DNA from: an uncultured Candidatus Binatia bacterium
Lineage (GTDB): Bacteria > Desulfobacterota > Binatia > UBA9968 > JAJDTQ01
Assembly: GCA_965242525.1 (NCBI GenBank)
Contig: OZ251459.1
Location: 3,648,001-3,712,000 of the forward strand
DNA length: 64,000 nt
Reading direction: 5' to 3'
A program made the position numbers and the translations under genes. Positions within the stretch are counted from its first letter, which is position 1. Each line of letters opens with the position of its first letter. The notes beneath the pieces are model-generated. The model made no database searches and was not told where the DNA came from. It worked only from the letters and a program-made list of their open reading frames with translations. This document shows positions 27,989 through 36,908 of the stretch, in pieces.

Positions 27989-28003
27989 GTGATTCTCCTT
28001 CGA

Positions 28004-28207
28004 GGAACGTCTGATCCATTCCGCCTTGGACTCCCCTTCCCTGCGGGAAAGCGCGTCCTTCGACTTCGCTTCGCTACGCTCAGGATGAACGGGGGACTAC
28101 GCTACGCTTAGCACGAACGGGGTACTTCACATTGCTACGCTCAGGATGAATGAAGAACTGCACTTCGCTACGCTCGGGACGAACGAGGATAATCGTTCAG
28201 GGTTTCC
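28004..28207 (+). mobile_element. IS5-like MITE (family A1), four REP units, TCGA duplication
   Basis: TCGA at 28000-28003 and 28208-28211; ends GGAACGTCTG...TTCAGGGTTTCC. Confidence 0.82.
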
Positions 28208-28279
28208 TCGACCGTCCTCGGCGTTCCGGGGAAGCCCGGGCCGAACCTCCGTTCGTGGGCTCGGCCCGGACCGCCCGCG

Positions 28280-29035
28280 CTAGGCAAGCTGTTTCGCGAA
28301 GAAACCGAGGAGCTTCTTCCAGCCGTCCACCGCCTGCTCCTGACGATAGACGGGACGGTCGTAATAGAAGAAGCCGTGGCCCGCTCCGTCGTAGCGATGG
28401 AACTCGTAGTCCTTGCCGTGCTTCTTGAGCTCGGCCTCGTGCTGGTCCACCTGTTCCGGGGTCGGGCTCTTGTCGTCGTTGCCGAACAGTCCCAGGATCG
28501 GGCACGAAAGGTCCGCGGTGTAGTCGATGGGGGCAACCGGCTGCTTCTCGGTGAGGTCGTCCTTGCCCGCCACCACGCGGCCGCCCCAGCACTCCACCAC
28601 CGCGTCGAAGCCCTTGGCGCGGCAGGCGGTCAGAAAGGCGTGGCGCCCCCCCGAGCAGGTGCCCCATATCCCCACCTTGCCGTTGTGGTAGGGAAGCGAG
28701 CGCAGGTAGTTCATGGCGCCGACGCAGTCCCCCACCACCTGGTCGTCGGCCACGCCTCCGTCGGCCCGCACCTTGGCCGCCACGTCTTCCGGCGTGCCGT
28801 GGCCGGCACGGAAGTAGAGGTTGGGCGAAAGGGTGGCGAAGCCGTGGTGCGCCAACCGCCGGGCGGCTTCCCGGTACCACTCGTCCCAGCCGGGCAGGTG
28901 GTGGATGGCCACCACTCCGGGGAACGGCCCCTTGCCCAGCGGACGCGCATAGTAGGCGTTGATGGTGTCGCCGTTGGCGCCGGTCATGGTGATGGTCTCG
29001 GCCAGCATCCCCTCGTATTGGTCGGTCTCGTACAT
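28280..29035 (-). CDS. Dienelactone hydrolase family protein
   Basis: GTCSGG nucleophile motif, GNDDKSP, YDGAGHGF; AAGGAGG SD. Confidence 0.92.
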   Translation of the reverse strand: MYETDQYEGMLAETITMTGANGDTINAYYARPLGKGPFPGVVAIHHLPGWDEWYREAARRLAHHGFATLSPNLYFRAGHGTPEDVAAKVRADGGVADDQVVGDCVGAMNYLRSLPYHNGKVGIWGTCSGGRHAFLTACRAKGFDAVVECWGGRVVAGKDDLTEKQPVAPIDYTADLSCPILGLFGNDDKSPTPEQVDQHEAELKKHGKDYEFHRYDGAGHGFFYYDRPVYRQEQAVDGWKKLLGFFAKQLA

Positions 29036-29171
29036 GGTTTCCTCCTTGAGATTTTCTTTCCCGCGATTCCGAAGCCGCGGCGCCCGGACGCCCGATCCGG
29101 CGCCGCGGCCCGCGGACAGAACTAATAACAAGGCGCACGGAAATTCAACCCCTCGGCCCGGTCCGCGCGTC

Positions 29172-29201
29172 TTGACGCATCGCCGCGCCCTTCGGTAGAG
29201 T
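29172..29201 (+). promoter_or_regulatory. Putative sigma70 promoter
   Basis: TTGACG-18 bp-TAGAGT upstream of 29318. Confidence 0.4.
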
Positions 29202-29317
29202 GGCAGGCGGTTGCCCGACACGGGCCATGACGAAGCCAGTATCCCGAAGCCGACCGTCCGGCCCGCGCATCCCGCGCCCCGGACCATCGGCCGCTCGGGC
29301 GCAAAGGAGGACTACCC

Positions 29318-30430
29318 ATGTTCGTCTGTCTATCCCCTGGAGGCCAGTTGCTGACCCAAGGCGAGAGCCCCTGCGAGAGGCTGCTGGTGGGCACGGTGGA
29401 AGGCGTCTTCTCGTTCCGCCGGGAAAACGGATCGTGGCGCCGCGACGGCGTGCACCTGCCCGGAAAGCACGCCAGCTCGGTCATCTTCGAGCCCGTCACC
29501 GGGACCCTCTTCGTGGGCACCTACGGCTGCGAGGTCTTCACCAGCGCCGACCGGGGCCGCACCTGGGAGAAACGGGACCGCGGCATCGGCGACAAGGAGG
29601 TCTATTCGTTGGCGGCCCAGACGGTGCGCGGCAAGCCCAGGGTCTATGCCGGCACCCAACCGGCGCACCTCTACTACAGCGACGACCTGGGCGAGAGCTG
29701 GACCGAGTTGCCGGGGCTGCGCCAAGCGCCGGGGGTCGAGAAGTGGACGTTCCCCGCGCCGCCGCACCAAGCCCACGCCAAGAGCATCACGTTCCATCCC
29801 GAGGACCCAGACGTCATCCACGTGGCGGTGGAAGTAGGGGGCTTCCTGCGCAGCACCGACGGCGGCGCCACCTGGACCACCATCGACAACATCAACCCGG
29901 ACGCCCACCGCGTGCTGATTCCATACAACGACCCGGACAAGCTGTACGGCACCGCGCCCACCACCAACTGCGGACCGGAGGTCACCGCGGGTTTCTGCGT
30001 CAGCAGCGACGGGGGCGCCACCTGGAAGAGCATGACGCCCCGGGACTTCCGTATCGGCTACGTGGACCCGTTCTTCGTCCACCCACAGGACCCCAACCTG
30101 TTGTTCGTGGCCGGCGCCAAGACCGGCCCCGGGACTTGGCGCAAGCTCCACACCGCGGACGCCCGGGTCGCCCGCAGCCGCGACGGCGGCGCCACCTGGG
30201 ACATCCTCGGCGAGGGTCTCCCCGAGCACATCCGCGCCAACATCGAGGGGATGGCCATGGACGCATGGAACGGCGGCTACGCCATCTTCGCCGGCACCAC
30301 CGACGGCGACATCTTCTACAGCGACGACGAGGGCGACCACTGGACCACCCTCGCCGCAGGCATCGGGCCGGTCTCCAAGTCCCACCACCACGTCAACCTC
30401 TCCCTGGAGGCCGCCGCGGCGCATCACTAG
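29318..30430 (+). CDS. BNR/Asp-box repeat beta-propeller protein
   Basis: Repeated SxDxGxTW motifs (SADRGRTW, STDGGATW, SSDGGATW, SRDGGATW). Confidence 0.88.
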   Translation: MFVCLSPGGQLLTQGESPCERLLVGTVEGVFSFRRENGSWRRDGVHLPGKHASSVIFEPVTGTLFVGTYGCEVFTSADRGRTWEKRDRGIGDKEVYSLAAQTVRGKPRVYAGTQPAHLYYSDDLGESWTELPGLRQAPGVEKWTFPAPPHQAHAKSITFHPEDPDVIHVAVEVGGFLRSTDGGATWTTIDNINPDAHRVLIPYNDPDKLYGTAPTTNCGPEVTAGFCVSSDGGATWKSMTPRDFRIGYVDPFFVHPQDPNLLFVAGAKTGPGTWRKLHTADARVARSRDGGATWDILGEGLPEHIRANIEGMAMDAWNGGYAIFAGTTDGDIFYSDDEGDHWTTLAAGIGPVSKSHHHVNLSLEAAAAHH

Positions 30431-30501
30431 CGCCGCACCGAACCGTACCGCGGGCATGGCCCTGCCGTTCCCGTTCCCACGAGGAACAAGGGCCATGATT
30501 T

Positions 30502-30867
30502 CGCTCTTCCCGCTTCGTGTAGGCAGGTTTCACGGGTGTAGGCGCCCTCTCCCCTGAGACAGACGCGGCGAGAACTGGAGGCAGGCGGCAACGTTCCCTC
30601 CCCCCTTGAGGGGGAGGGCAGGGAGGGGGGTACGGCGAGGTTGCGGAGGGAGTCCTCTACACGGACCGATCCAACCCGTTTCAGCCGTCCGTCTGTTGGC
30701 GCTGACGTCGATCGGTCCGGTTGCACTGGGGACCCCCCACCCTAACCCTCCCCCTCAAGGGGGGAGGGAATCGGAGTTCTCCGCAATGCCGAACCGGGAC
30801 AGCAAAATGGGAATCGGACCTCATCGCATGGGAGGGAGACACAACCCACTCGAAATCCTGAAGCGCC
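30502..30867. mobile_element. ISL3-like MITE (family B) carrying paired CCCTCCCCCTYRAGGGGGAGGG REPs
   Basis: Ends CGCTCTTCCCGCTTCGTGTAGG / CCCACTCGAAATCCTGAAGCGCC; hairpins at ~30596-30618 and ~30746-30769. Confidence 0.55.
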
Positions 30868-30896
30868 ACAAGGGATTACCCGGTTGACTGCATTGA

Positions 30897-30957
30897 GGAA
30901 ACTCTGAATCAATAACCCCGTTCGTCCTGAGCGTAGCGAAGCGAAGTCGAAGGACGC
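30897..30957 (-). repeat. Partial family A MITE/REP
   Basis: GGAAACTCTGAATCAAT followed by the reverse REP core. Confidence 0.7.
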
Positions 30958-30979
30958 CGGAACCGGCGGCGGGGCGTCC

Positions 30980-32107
30980 GTGGAAACGGTTGTGCTCATC
31001 CTGTCATACGTGCGGATTGCGGTCCTGAGCCTGCTGCTGCTTCTCGAGCAGTTGGGCGGCGAGGGGTTCCGGAGGCTCCGGCGGCGCTGGCGCCGGCGGC
31101 CCTCGGTGCGCTCGTTGACCGTGGTTTCACGGGGCCGGCGGCTGGCCGCGGACCTCCATGGGGTGGAGGGGACGGGGCCGCGTCCGGGCATCGTCCTGAC
31201 CCACGGTGTGATCGAGTCGGGCAAGGACGACCCGCGCCTGGTGGACTTGGCCGCACGGCTTGCGGGCTGCGGGTTCGTGGTCCTCGTGCCCGAACTCCCG
31301 GGCCTCAAGTCCCTCCGGCTGGAGATGGAGGAGTCGGAAGACGTGGCCGCGGCCTTCCGCCTGCTCCTGTCGCTGGACGAGGTGGACGAGGACCGGGCCG
31401 GCCTGTTCGGCTTCAGCTTCGGCGTCGGTCCCGCGCTCAAGGCGGCGACGGACCCGTCCATCCGGGAGAAGGTGAAGTTCGTGGTGTCGTTCGGCGGTTA
31501 CTTCGACGCCGTCAACGTGCTCCGCTACGTCACCACCGGCCGGGACGAGTTTCGGGGCCACCGGCACCTCCAGCCGCCGGCCGCGTACGCCCGCCGCGTA
31601 TTGACGGAGAACCTCCTGCACCGCGTACCCGGAGACCGGGACCGCGCCATCCTGTCCGGCCTGCTCGACCACGGACCCTCCGACCCGGAGCGGGAAGTCC
31701 CGCGGCCCTCGCCGGACCAGCTCACGGAAGGCGGGAGGGCCGTGTACGAGCTGATCCGCAACCGGGACCCGGCCCGGGTCCCGAGCCTGGCGGAGGCCGT
31801 GGACCCCGCGGTGCGTGACTACCTGGAGAGCCTTTCCCTGCGCACGGTGGCGCCGCAGGTCAAGGCCCGGGTGCTCATGGGCCACGGCGACACCGACCCG
31901 CTGGTTCCCTCCACCGAGAGCCTGCGGCTGGCGGACGCGCTGCCGGACCCGGGGCGGGTGCACACCGTCATCCTGAACGTGGTCACCCATGTGGACGCGC
32001 GCCTGTCCGTGCGCTCCATCAGCGAGTTCCTGACCACGTCGATCCCGTCCTGTTGGCGCTTCTACGGCCTGATATTCCGAATCCTGAAGCAACAGATCGC
32101 ACCGTGA
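30980..32107 (+). CDS. Alpha/beta hydrolase fold protein
   Basis: VLTHG, GFSFG nucleophile elbow, HGDTDPLVP. Confidence 0.8.
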   Translation: METVVLILSYVRIAVLSLLLLLEQLGGEGFRRLRRRWRRRPSVRSLTVVSRGRRLAADLHGVEGTGPRPGIVLTHGVIESGKDDPRLVDLAARLAGCGFVVLVPELPGLKSLRLEMEESEDVAAAFRLLLSLDEVDEDRAGLFGFSFGVGPALKAATDPSIREKVKFVVSFGGYFDAVNVLRYVTTGRDEFRGHRHLQPPAAYARRVLTENLLHRVPGDRDRAILSGLLDHGPSDPEREVPRPSPDQLTEGGRAVYELIRNRDPARVPSLAEAVDPAVRDYLESLSLRTVAPQVKARVLMGHGDTDPLVPSTESLRLADALPDPGRVHTVILNVVTHVDARLSVRSISEFLTTSIPSCWRFYGLIFRILKQQIAP

Positions 32108-32169
32108 GCCCGGCGCGGTCCGGGATCCGCTGTCCCGAACTCCGTTTGGCGTCGCGGACGCCCCACCGT

Positions 32170-32245
32170 GTCATTCCCGCAGACGCCCACCCCCGTCATT
32201 CCCGCAGATGCCCATCCCCCGTCATTCCCGCGAAAGCGGGAATCC
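32170..32245 (+). repeat. Three tandem GTCATTCCCGC units, the last a full REP
   Basis: GTCATTCCCGCAGAYGCCCA... twice, then GTCATTCCCGCGAAAGCGGGAATCC. Confidence 0.75.
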
Positions 32246-32329
32246 GTCCATTCTTATGAAAACTCCCCGTGTTTCCATCCTTCCGACCAAACATTAGGGC
32301 GCCCTGCCTCACTGTGCACAGGTTGGTTG

Positions 32330-32428
32330 AAAGCGCGTCCTTCGACTTCGCTTCGCTACGCTCAGGACGAACGGGGTTCTTCGCTACGCTACGCTCAGGA
32401 CGAACGGGGATAATTGTTCAGGGTTTCC
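32330..32428 (+). repeat. Family A MITE with two REP units
   Basis: AAAGCGCGTCCTTCGACTTCG...ATAATTGTTCAGGGTTTCC. Confidence 0.75.
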
Positions 32429-32517
32429 GATGGTTGTCCAGAGGTTCCTTTTCTCGAACGAACGCCTTAAGATCACGGTTCGCATCACTGCGACGCGGAC
32501 GCCACCGAGGAGGAAAC

Positions 32518-33780
32518 ATGAGCTTTGACCCCAAATCGCCGGAGTTCTGGGACGAGAAGGCCACGCGCAAGGAACTCGAACGGGTGTTCGACATCTGCTA
32601 CGGCTGCACCTTGTGCCACACCCTGTGCCCTTCCTTCGTGAGCCTGTTCCGGATGATGGACGAGAGCTTCGGCGACGCCGGGTCGCTCCAGGACGAGCAG
32701 ATGAAGCTCGTGGTGGACCAGTGCTACCAGTGCAAGCTCTGCGACCCCATCTGTCCGTACGTGCCGCCTCACGAGTGGGACATCGACTTCCCCAGGACCA
32801 TGATGCGGGCCAGTCTCAACGCAGCCCGGAAGGACGGCGTCCCCTGGGCCGACCGGCTGATGGGGGACGCGGACCGGGTGGGGCGGTGGGCCGGTTGGGC
32901 CGCTCCTCTGGTCAACCGGGCCAACCGGAACCCCTTCGTGCGCCGGCTGATGGAGAAGTACATGGGGATCCACCGGGACCGGCTGCTCCCCATCTGGCAC
33001 GGACGGACCTTCGCCAAGTGGCTGCGCCGGCGTCCCGCGGCCCCCAAGGGCAAGGGCGAGGAGAAGGCGGCGTTGTTCTACACCTGCACGGTCAACTACA
33101 ACGAGCCGGAGATCGGCAAGGCCGCGGTGGGCGTCCTGGAGAAGAACGGCATCGAGTGCGCCGTTCCCGACCAGCAGTGCTGCGGCCTGCCGTTCCTCGA
33201 TGTGGGGTTGCTGGACCGGGCGGTGAAGAAGGTCGAAGCCAACGTGGCTAGCCTGAGCCGGGCGGTTCGCCAGGGATACAAGGTGGTGGCGCCCAGCGCG
33301 AGCTGCAGCTACATGCTCAGGCAGGACTACCCGCGGCTGCTCCCCACCGACGATGCCAGGCTGGTGGCGGAGAACACCCTGGACCTGTCGGAGTACCTGG
33401 TCCAGGTCCACGGGCGCGGCCGGCTGGACCTGGACTTCACCGAGGCCATCGGAAAGATCCGCTACCACCAGCCATGCCACCTCAAGGCCCAGGACATCGG
33501 GTTCAAGGCCCAGGAGTTGATGCAGCTCATCCCCGATGCGGAGGTCTCCCGCATGCAGTGCTGCAGCGGTCACGACGGAAGCTGGAGCGTCAGGAAAGAG
33601 AACTTCGAGGCGTCGATGCAGGTGGGGAGGCCGCTGTTCAAGTTCCTGCGGCCCGACGACGCCTGTACGGTGACGGACTGCCCGCTGTCCGCGATCCAGG
33701 TACAGCAGGGCACCGGCAGAAAGCCGGTGCATCCCATCGTGGTCATGGCGCGGGCCTACGGTCTGGAAGTAGAGCCGTAA
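32518..33780 (+). CDS. Fe-S oxidoreductase, GlpC/HdrD-like with CCG domains
   Basis: CYGCTLCHTLCP, CYQCKLCDPICP, QCCG, CCSG; GAGGAGG SD. Confidence 0.88.
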   Translation: MSFDPKSPEFWDEKATRKELERVFDICYGCTLCHTLCPSFVSLFRMMDESFGDAGSLQDEQMKLVVDQCYQCKLCDPICPYVPPHEWDIDFPRTMMRASLNAARKDGVPWADRLMGDADRVGRWAGWAAPLVNRANRNPFVRRLMEKYMGIHRDRLLPIWHGRTFAKWLRRRPAAPKGKGEEKAALFYTCTVNYNEPEIGKAAVGVLEKNGIECAVPDQQCCGLPFLDVGLLDRAVKKVEANVASLSRAVRQGYKVVAPSASCSYMLRQDYPRLLPTDDARLVAENTLDLSEYLVQVHGRGRLDLDFTEAIGKIRYHQPCHLKAQDIGFKAQELMQLIPDAEVSRMQCCSGHDGSWSVRKENFEASMQVGRPLFKFLRPDDACTVTDCPLSAIQVQQGTGRKPVHPIVVMARAYGLEVEP

Positions 33781-33798
33781 GCCCGCGCCGCCTCCCGG

Positions 33799-34920
33799 CT
33801 ACCTCTGGACGGGGTCGAGGATCCAGCCCCCTTCCTTCTCCATGCCGATGACGAACTCGTCGTCGTCGTCCGAGGGAAGGACCTCCGCCAAGTGCTTCCG
33901 GTACTCGTCCTCGGAGAGCAACTCCCCGTCCACGCTGTAGGGCTGGCCCGCGTAGTTGCCGATGTAACGGCGGAACTTGTCGCTGGGGATGGCCAGCCTC
34001 GGCTGGTCGTCGGCCACGTTGTGGTTCAGGGCGTCCACCAGTGCGGCGACCTCCTTGAAGAAGGTCTCGCGCGACAGCTCGTTCAACCGCTCCATGTCCG
34101 CGGGCTTGTCGAACAGGTGCTCGTCGTAGCGCCCCTTCAGGCCCCACACGTAGGCCCAGTGGGCCGAGCTGGACTCGTCCTGGCCGAACAGGTCGAACGC
34201 GGTGGAGAGCCACTTGTTGAAGTACTTCTGGATGGTGGCCATGGGGATCTTGCCGGCCTTGACGATGCGCATCAGGCCGATGTTGCCCTGAGCCAGGTGG
34301 TAGGCCTCTTCCTTCAGCATGGGCAGGGTGCTGCGCCCGAGGGGGGCGAAGGCGCTGCGGCTCAGCATGTTCAGTTGGTACTTGCCGTCGCGGTCGATGA
34401 AGCTCGTGTAGGTGAAGAAATCCAGCCAGTTCCGCACCGGCTGGTTGAAGGAGTCCAGCAGGCGCGAGCCCTCGGACGCGCGCCGCTCCAGCAGCCGCTG
34501 GGACTGGCGCTTGCCCGAGTCGCCGAACTGGCTCACCAGCACGTAGGCCATCTGCCAGCCGTGCCGCATCTCTTCCCGGTTGATGCGGATCAGGTTCTTC
34601 AGGTCCACGTCGGTGGGCGCCCGCTCGATCAGGTTGGTCTGCTGCTCCACCGAGGCGAACTCCGTGTCTCCCTGGAACTCGATCAGGTGGGCCAGGGCGT
34701 CCTGGATGCGCTGGTCGGGGATGTCCGTCACCTTCTCCCACTTGGGCCGGCCGGCATACTCGCCGAACTCGATCTCGTTGCTCTCCACGTCGTCGAGCTT
34801 GGTCTCGAAGGTGTAATCGCCTCCGATGAGGTCCATGGGGTAGCCGATGTCGTCGTGCCACTGGTGAAACGCCTCCACCCAGTCGTCGAACGTGTCGATC
34901 CTCGATTTCTTTATCAACAT
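33799..34920 (-). CDS. BoxB/PaaA-like diiron acyl-CoA epoxidase subunit
   Basis: QGDTEFASVEQQ, EEMRH, FIDRDGKYQL, EEAYH diiron ligands. Confidence 0.85.
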   Translation of the reverse strand: MLIKKSRIDTFDDWVEAFHQWHDDIGYPMDLIGGDYTFETKLDDVESNEIEFGEYAGRPKWEKVTDIPDQRIQDALAHLIEFQGDTEFASVEQQTNLIERAPTDVDLKNLIRINREEMRHGWQMAYVLVSQFGDSGKRQSQRLLERRASEGSRLLDSFNQPVRNWLDFFTYTSFIDRDGKYQLNMLSRSAFAPLGRSTLPMLKEEAYHLAQGNIGLMRIVKAGKIPMATIQKYFNKWLSTAFDLFGQDESSSAHWAYVWGLKGRYDEHLFDKPADMERLNELSRETFFKEVAALVDALNHNVADDQPRLAIPSDKFRRYIGNYAGQPYSVDGELLSEDEYRKHLAEVLPSDDDDEFVIGMEKEGGWILDPVQR

Positions 34921-35180
34921 GGCCTGCTCCTTCTTCGCGTGGTGAGGGCGCTCCGAGGGCCTGACCCGCCACCGCGTATCGGCCTCCCTGCGGCAAGACG
35001 GCAACCCCCCGGAGAATCCCGGGCGTGTCGCCTCCTTTTAATGCGTGAGGCGCCGTTTTACAAGGGCGGACCGCCTTGGGCGACGGAAAACCCGCGCGAA
35101 GGATCGAGGGGTCCGGGACATCCCGCCACCCCTTCGGTGCCCGGAAGATCCGGTCCCCCGGCATCGGAGGCTCCGGGGGC

Positions 35181-35209
35181 TTGACCCGCGGGATACGGTG
35201 CGCTATACC
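35181..35209 (+). promoter_or_regulatory. Putative higBA promoter
   Basis: TTGACC-17 bp-TATACC. Confidence 0.5.
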
Positions 35210-35260
35210 CCTAAAAGGGAGCTTTGTACTATAAGTTTTAATGGGATCGCTCGCAGCACC

Positions 35261-35554
35261 GTGCGGATCATCGCCAAGAGAACGCTCAGGGAGTTCTGGG
35301 AACGTCACCCTGATGCAGAAGGACCATTGCTTGCCTGGTACCGTGCGGTGGAAGGCGAGGCATGGGAAGCGCCGGTTGAGATCAAGACCCGGTTCCCAAG
35401 CGCCAGCATCGTTGAAGGAAACCGGGTGGTCTTCAACATCAAGGGAAACAGCTATCGGTTGGTCACGAGGGTCAACTATCCGAAACGCATCGTTTACATA
35501 AGGTTTGTCGGCACACACTCGGAATATGACCGTATAGACGTAAAGGAGGTGTAG
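35261..35554 (+). CDS. higB: HigB family toxin (mRNA interferase)
   Basis: RIIAKRTLREFW...RVVFNIKGNSYRL...FVGTHSEYD. Confidence 0.93.
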   Translation: MRIIAKRTLREFWERHPDAEGPLLAWYRAVEGEAWEAPVEIKTRFPSASIVEGNRVVFNIKGNSYRLVTRVNYPKRIVYIRFVGTHSEYDRIDVKEV

Positions 35555-35556
35555 CA

Positions 35557-36783
35557 ATGGCCGCCATCAACCCGATCCGTACCGAGGAAGACCTGGATCG
35601 TGCGCTGGCGCGGATCGACGAGATATTCGATGCCGAGGTGAACACCCCGGAGAGCGACGAACTCGACGTCCTCGTCGATCTCGTCGAGCACTACGAGTCC
35701 AAGCACTACCCCATTGGGTATCCGAGCCCCATAGACGCCATCAAGTTCAGGATGGACCAAGCCGGGTTGACTCAGCGGGACCTCATCCCGTTCATGGGGA
35801 GCCGCGCCAAGGTCTCGGAAGTTCTGTCCGGCAAGCGGGCCATCACCATGTCCATGGCCCGCGCGCTTCACGAACACCTCGGCATACCCGCGGAGGTCCT
35901 TCTCCAGAAACCGACAGGCTCCGTTGGCGCTTCGCTTGGAGACCTCGAGCCGCGGCGCTTCCCGTTGAAGGCCATGGCCCGACGAGGATGGGTTCCCGAC
36001 GTATCCGACCTGCGTGACCGCGCCGAGGAGTTGATCGCCGGGCTGATAGACCGGGCTGGTGGACCCCGCGTGGCAACCGCAACGGCGCTGTACCGCAAGA
36101 ACGACGCCCGCCGCGTCAATGCCAAGACCGATCCCTATGCGCTGATGGCCTGGTGCTGGCATGTGCTTGCGACCGCCAACGACAACCTTCTCGACGCAGG
36201 ATATGACACACGTGCAGTGACTCCCGAGTTTCTCAGGGAGGTTGCGCAGTTGAGCAAGTCGGAGCAGGGGCCACGGCTGGCGCAGGAGTGTTTGGCGGAG
36301 GAAGGGATCGCGATGGTGGTGGCGCCGCATCTTCCCAGGACGCACCTTGATGGCGCAGCCCTCCGGCTCGCCGACGGACGACCCGTGATCGGCCTTACCT
36401 TGCGCTACGACCGGATCGATAACTTCTGGTTCTGCCTGCTCCACGAACTCGCCCACGTAGGCCGCCACCTTGACGAGCACCATGCAAACTTCATCGACGA
36501 CTTGAGCCTGCGGAGCGACGACTCGAAGGAATCTGAAGCCGATGAGTCGGCAAAAGAGGCGTTGATACCCGAATCAGCCTGGAACGCGAGCGCAGTACGG
36601 CAAGCGCCGACAGCGATGAACGTCATCGACCTCGCCAACGAGGTAGGAGTCCACCCCGCCATCGTTGCGGGCAGAGTGCGGCATGAGCGAGGCAACTACC
36701 GCTTGCTCTCCCAGTTCGTCGGTAACCGACAGGTCCGGCGTCAGTTCGGGACCGGACGTGGCGCGGACGACCGGAGAATCTGA
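35557..36783 (+). CDS. higA: HigA antitoxin HTH fused to ImmA/IrrE (M78) metallopeptidase
   Basis: PIDAIKFRMDQ...VSEVLSGKR HTH; RYDRIDNFWFCLLHELAH. Confidence 0.9.
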   Translation: MAAINPIRTEEDLDRALARIDEIFDAEVNTPESDELDVLVDLVEHYESKHYPIGYPSPIDAIKFRMDQAGLTQRDLIPFMGSRAKVSEVLSGKRAITMSMARALHEHLGIPAEVLLQKPTGSVGASLGDLEPRRFPLKAMARRGWVPDVSDLRDRAEELIAGLIDRAGGPRVATATALYRKNDARRVNAKTDPYALMAWCWHVLATANDNLLDAGYDTRAVTPEFLREVAQLSKSEQGPRLAQECLAEEGIAMVVAPHLPRTHLDGAALRLADGRPVIGLTLRYDRIDNFWFCLLHELAHVGRHLDEHHANFIDDLSLRSDDSKESEADESAKEALIPESAWNASAVRQAPTAMNVIDLANEVGVHPAIVAGRVRHERGNYRLLSQFVGNRQVRRQFGTGRGADDRRI

Positions 36784-36908
36784 CGCGAGATCGTTCGGTC
36801 CATGGCGGATTGCAACAAGGTCCCCCTTGACAATCGCAGCCCGTTTCGCCAACCTTGCTTCTGCACGTGGGAGAGCGAGTTTGAGGGAAGATAAGGGAGG
36901 TTAAGGAA

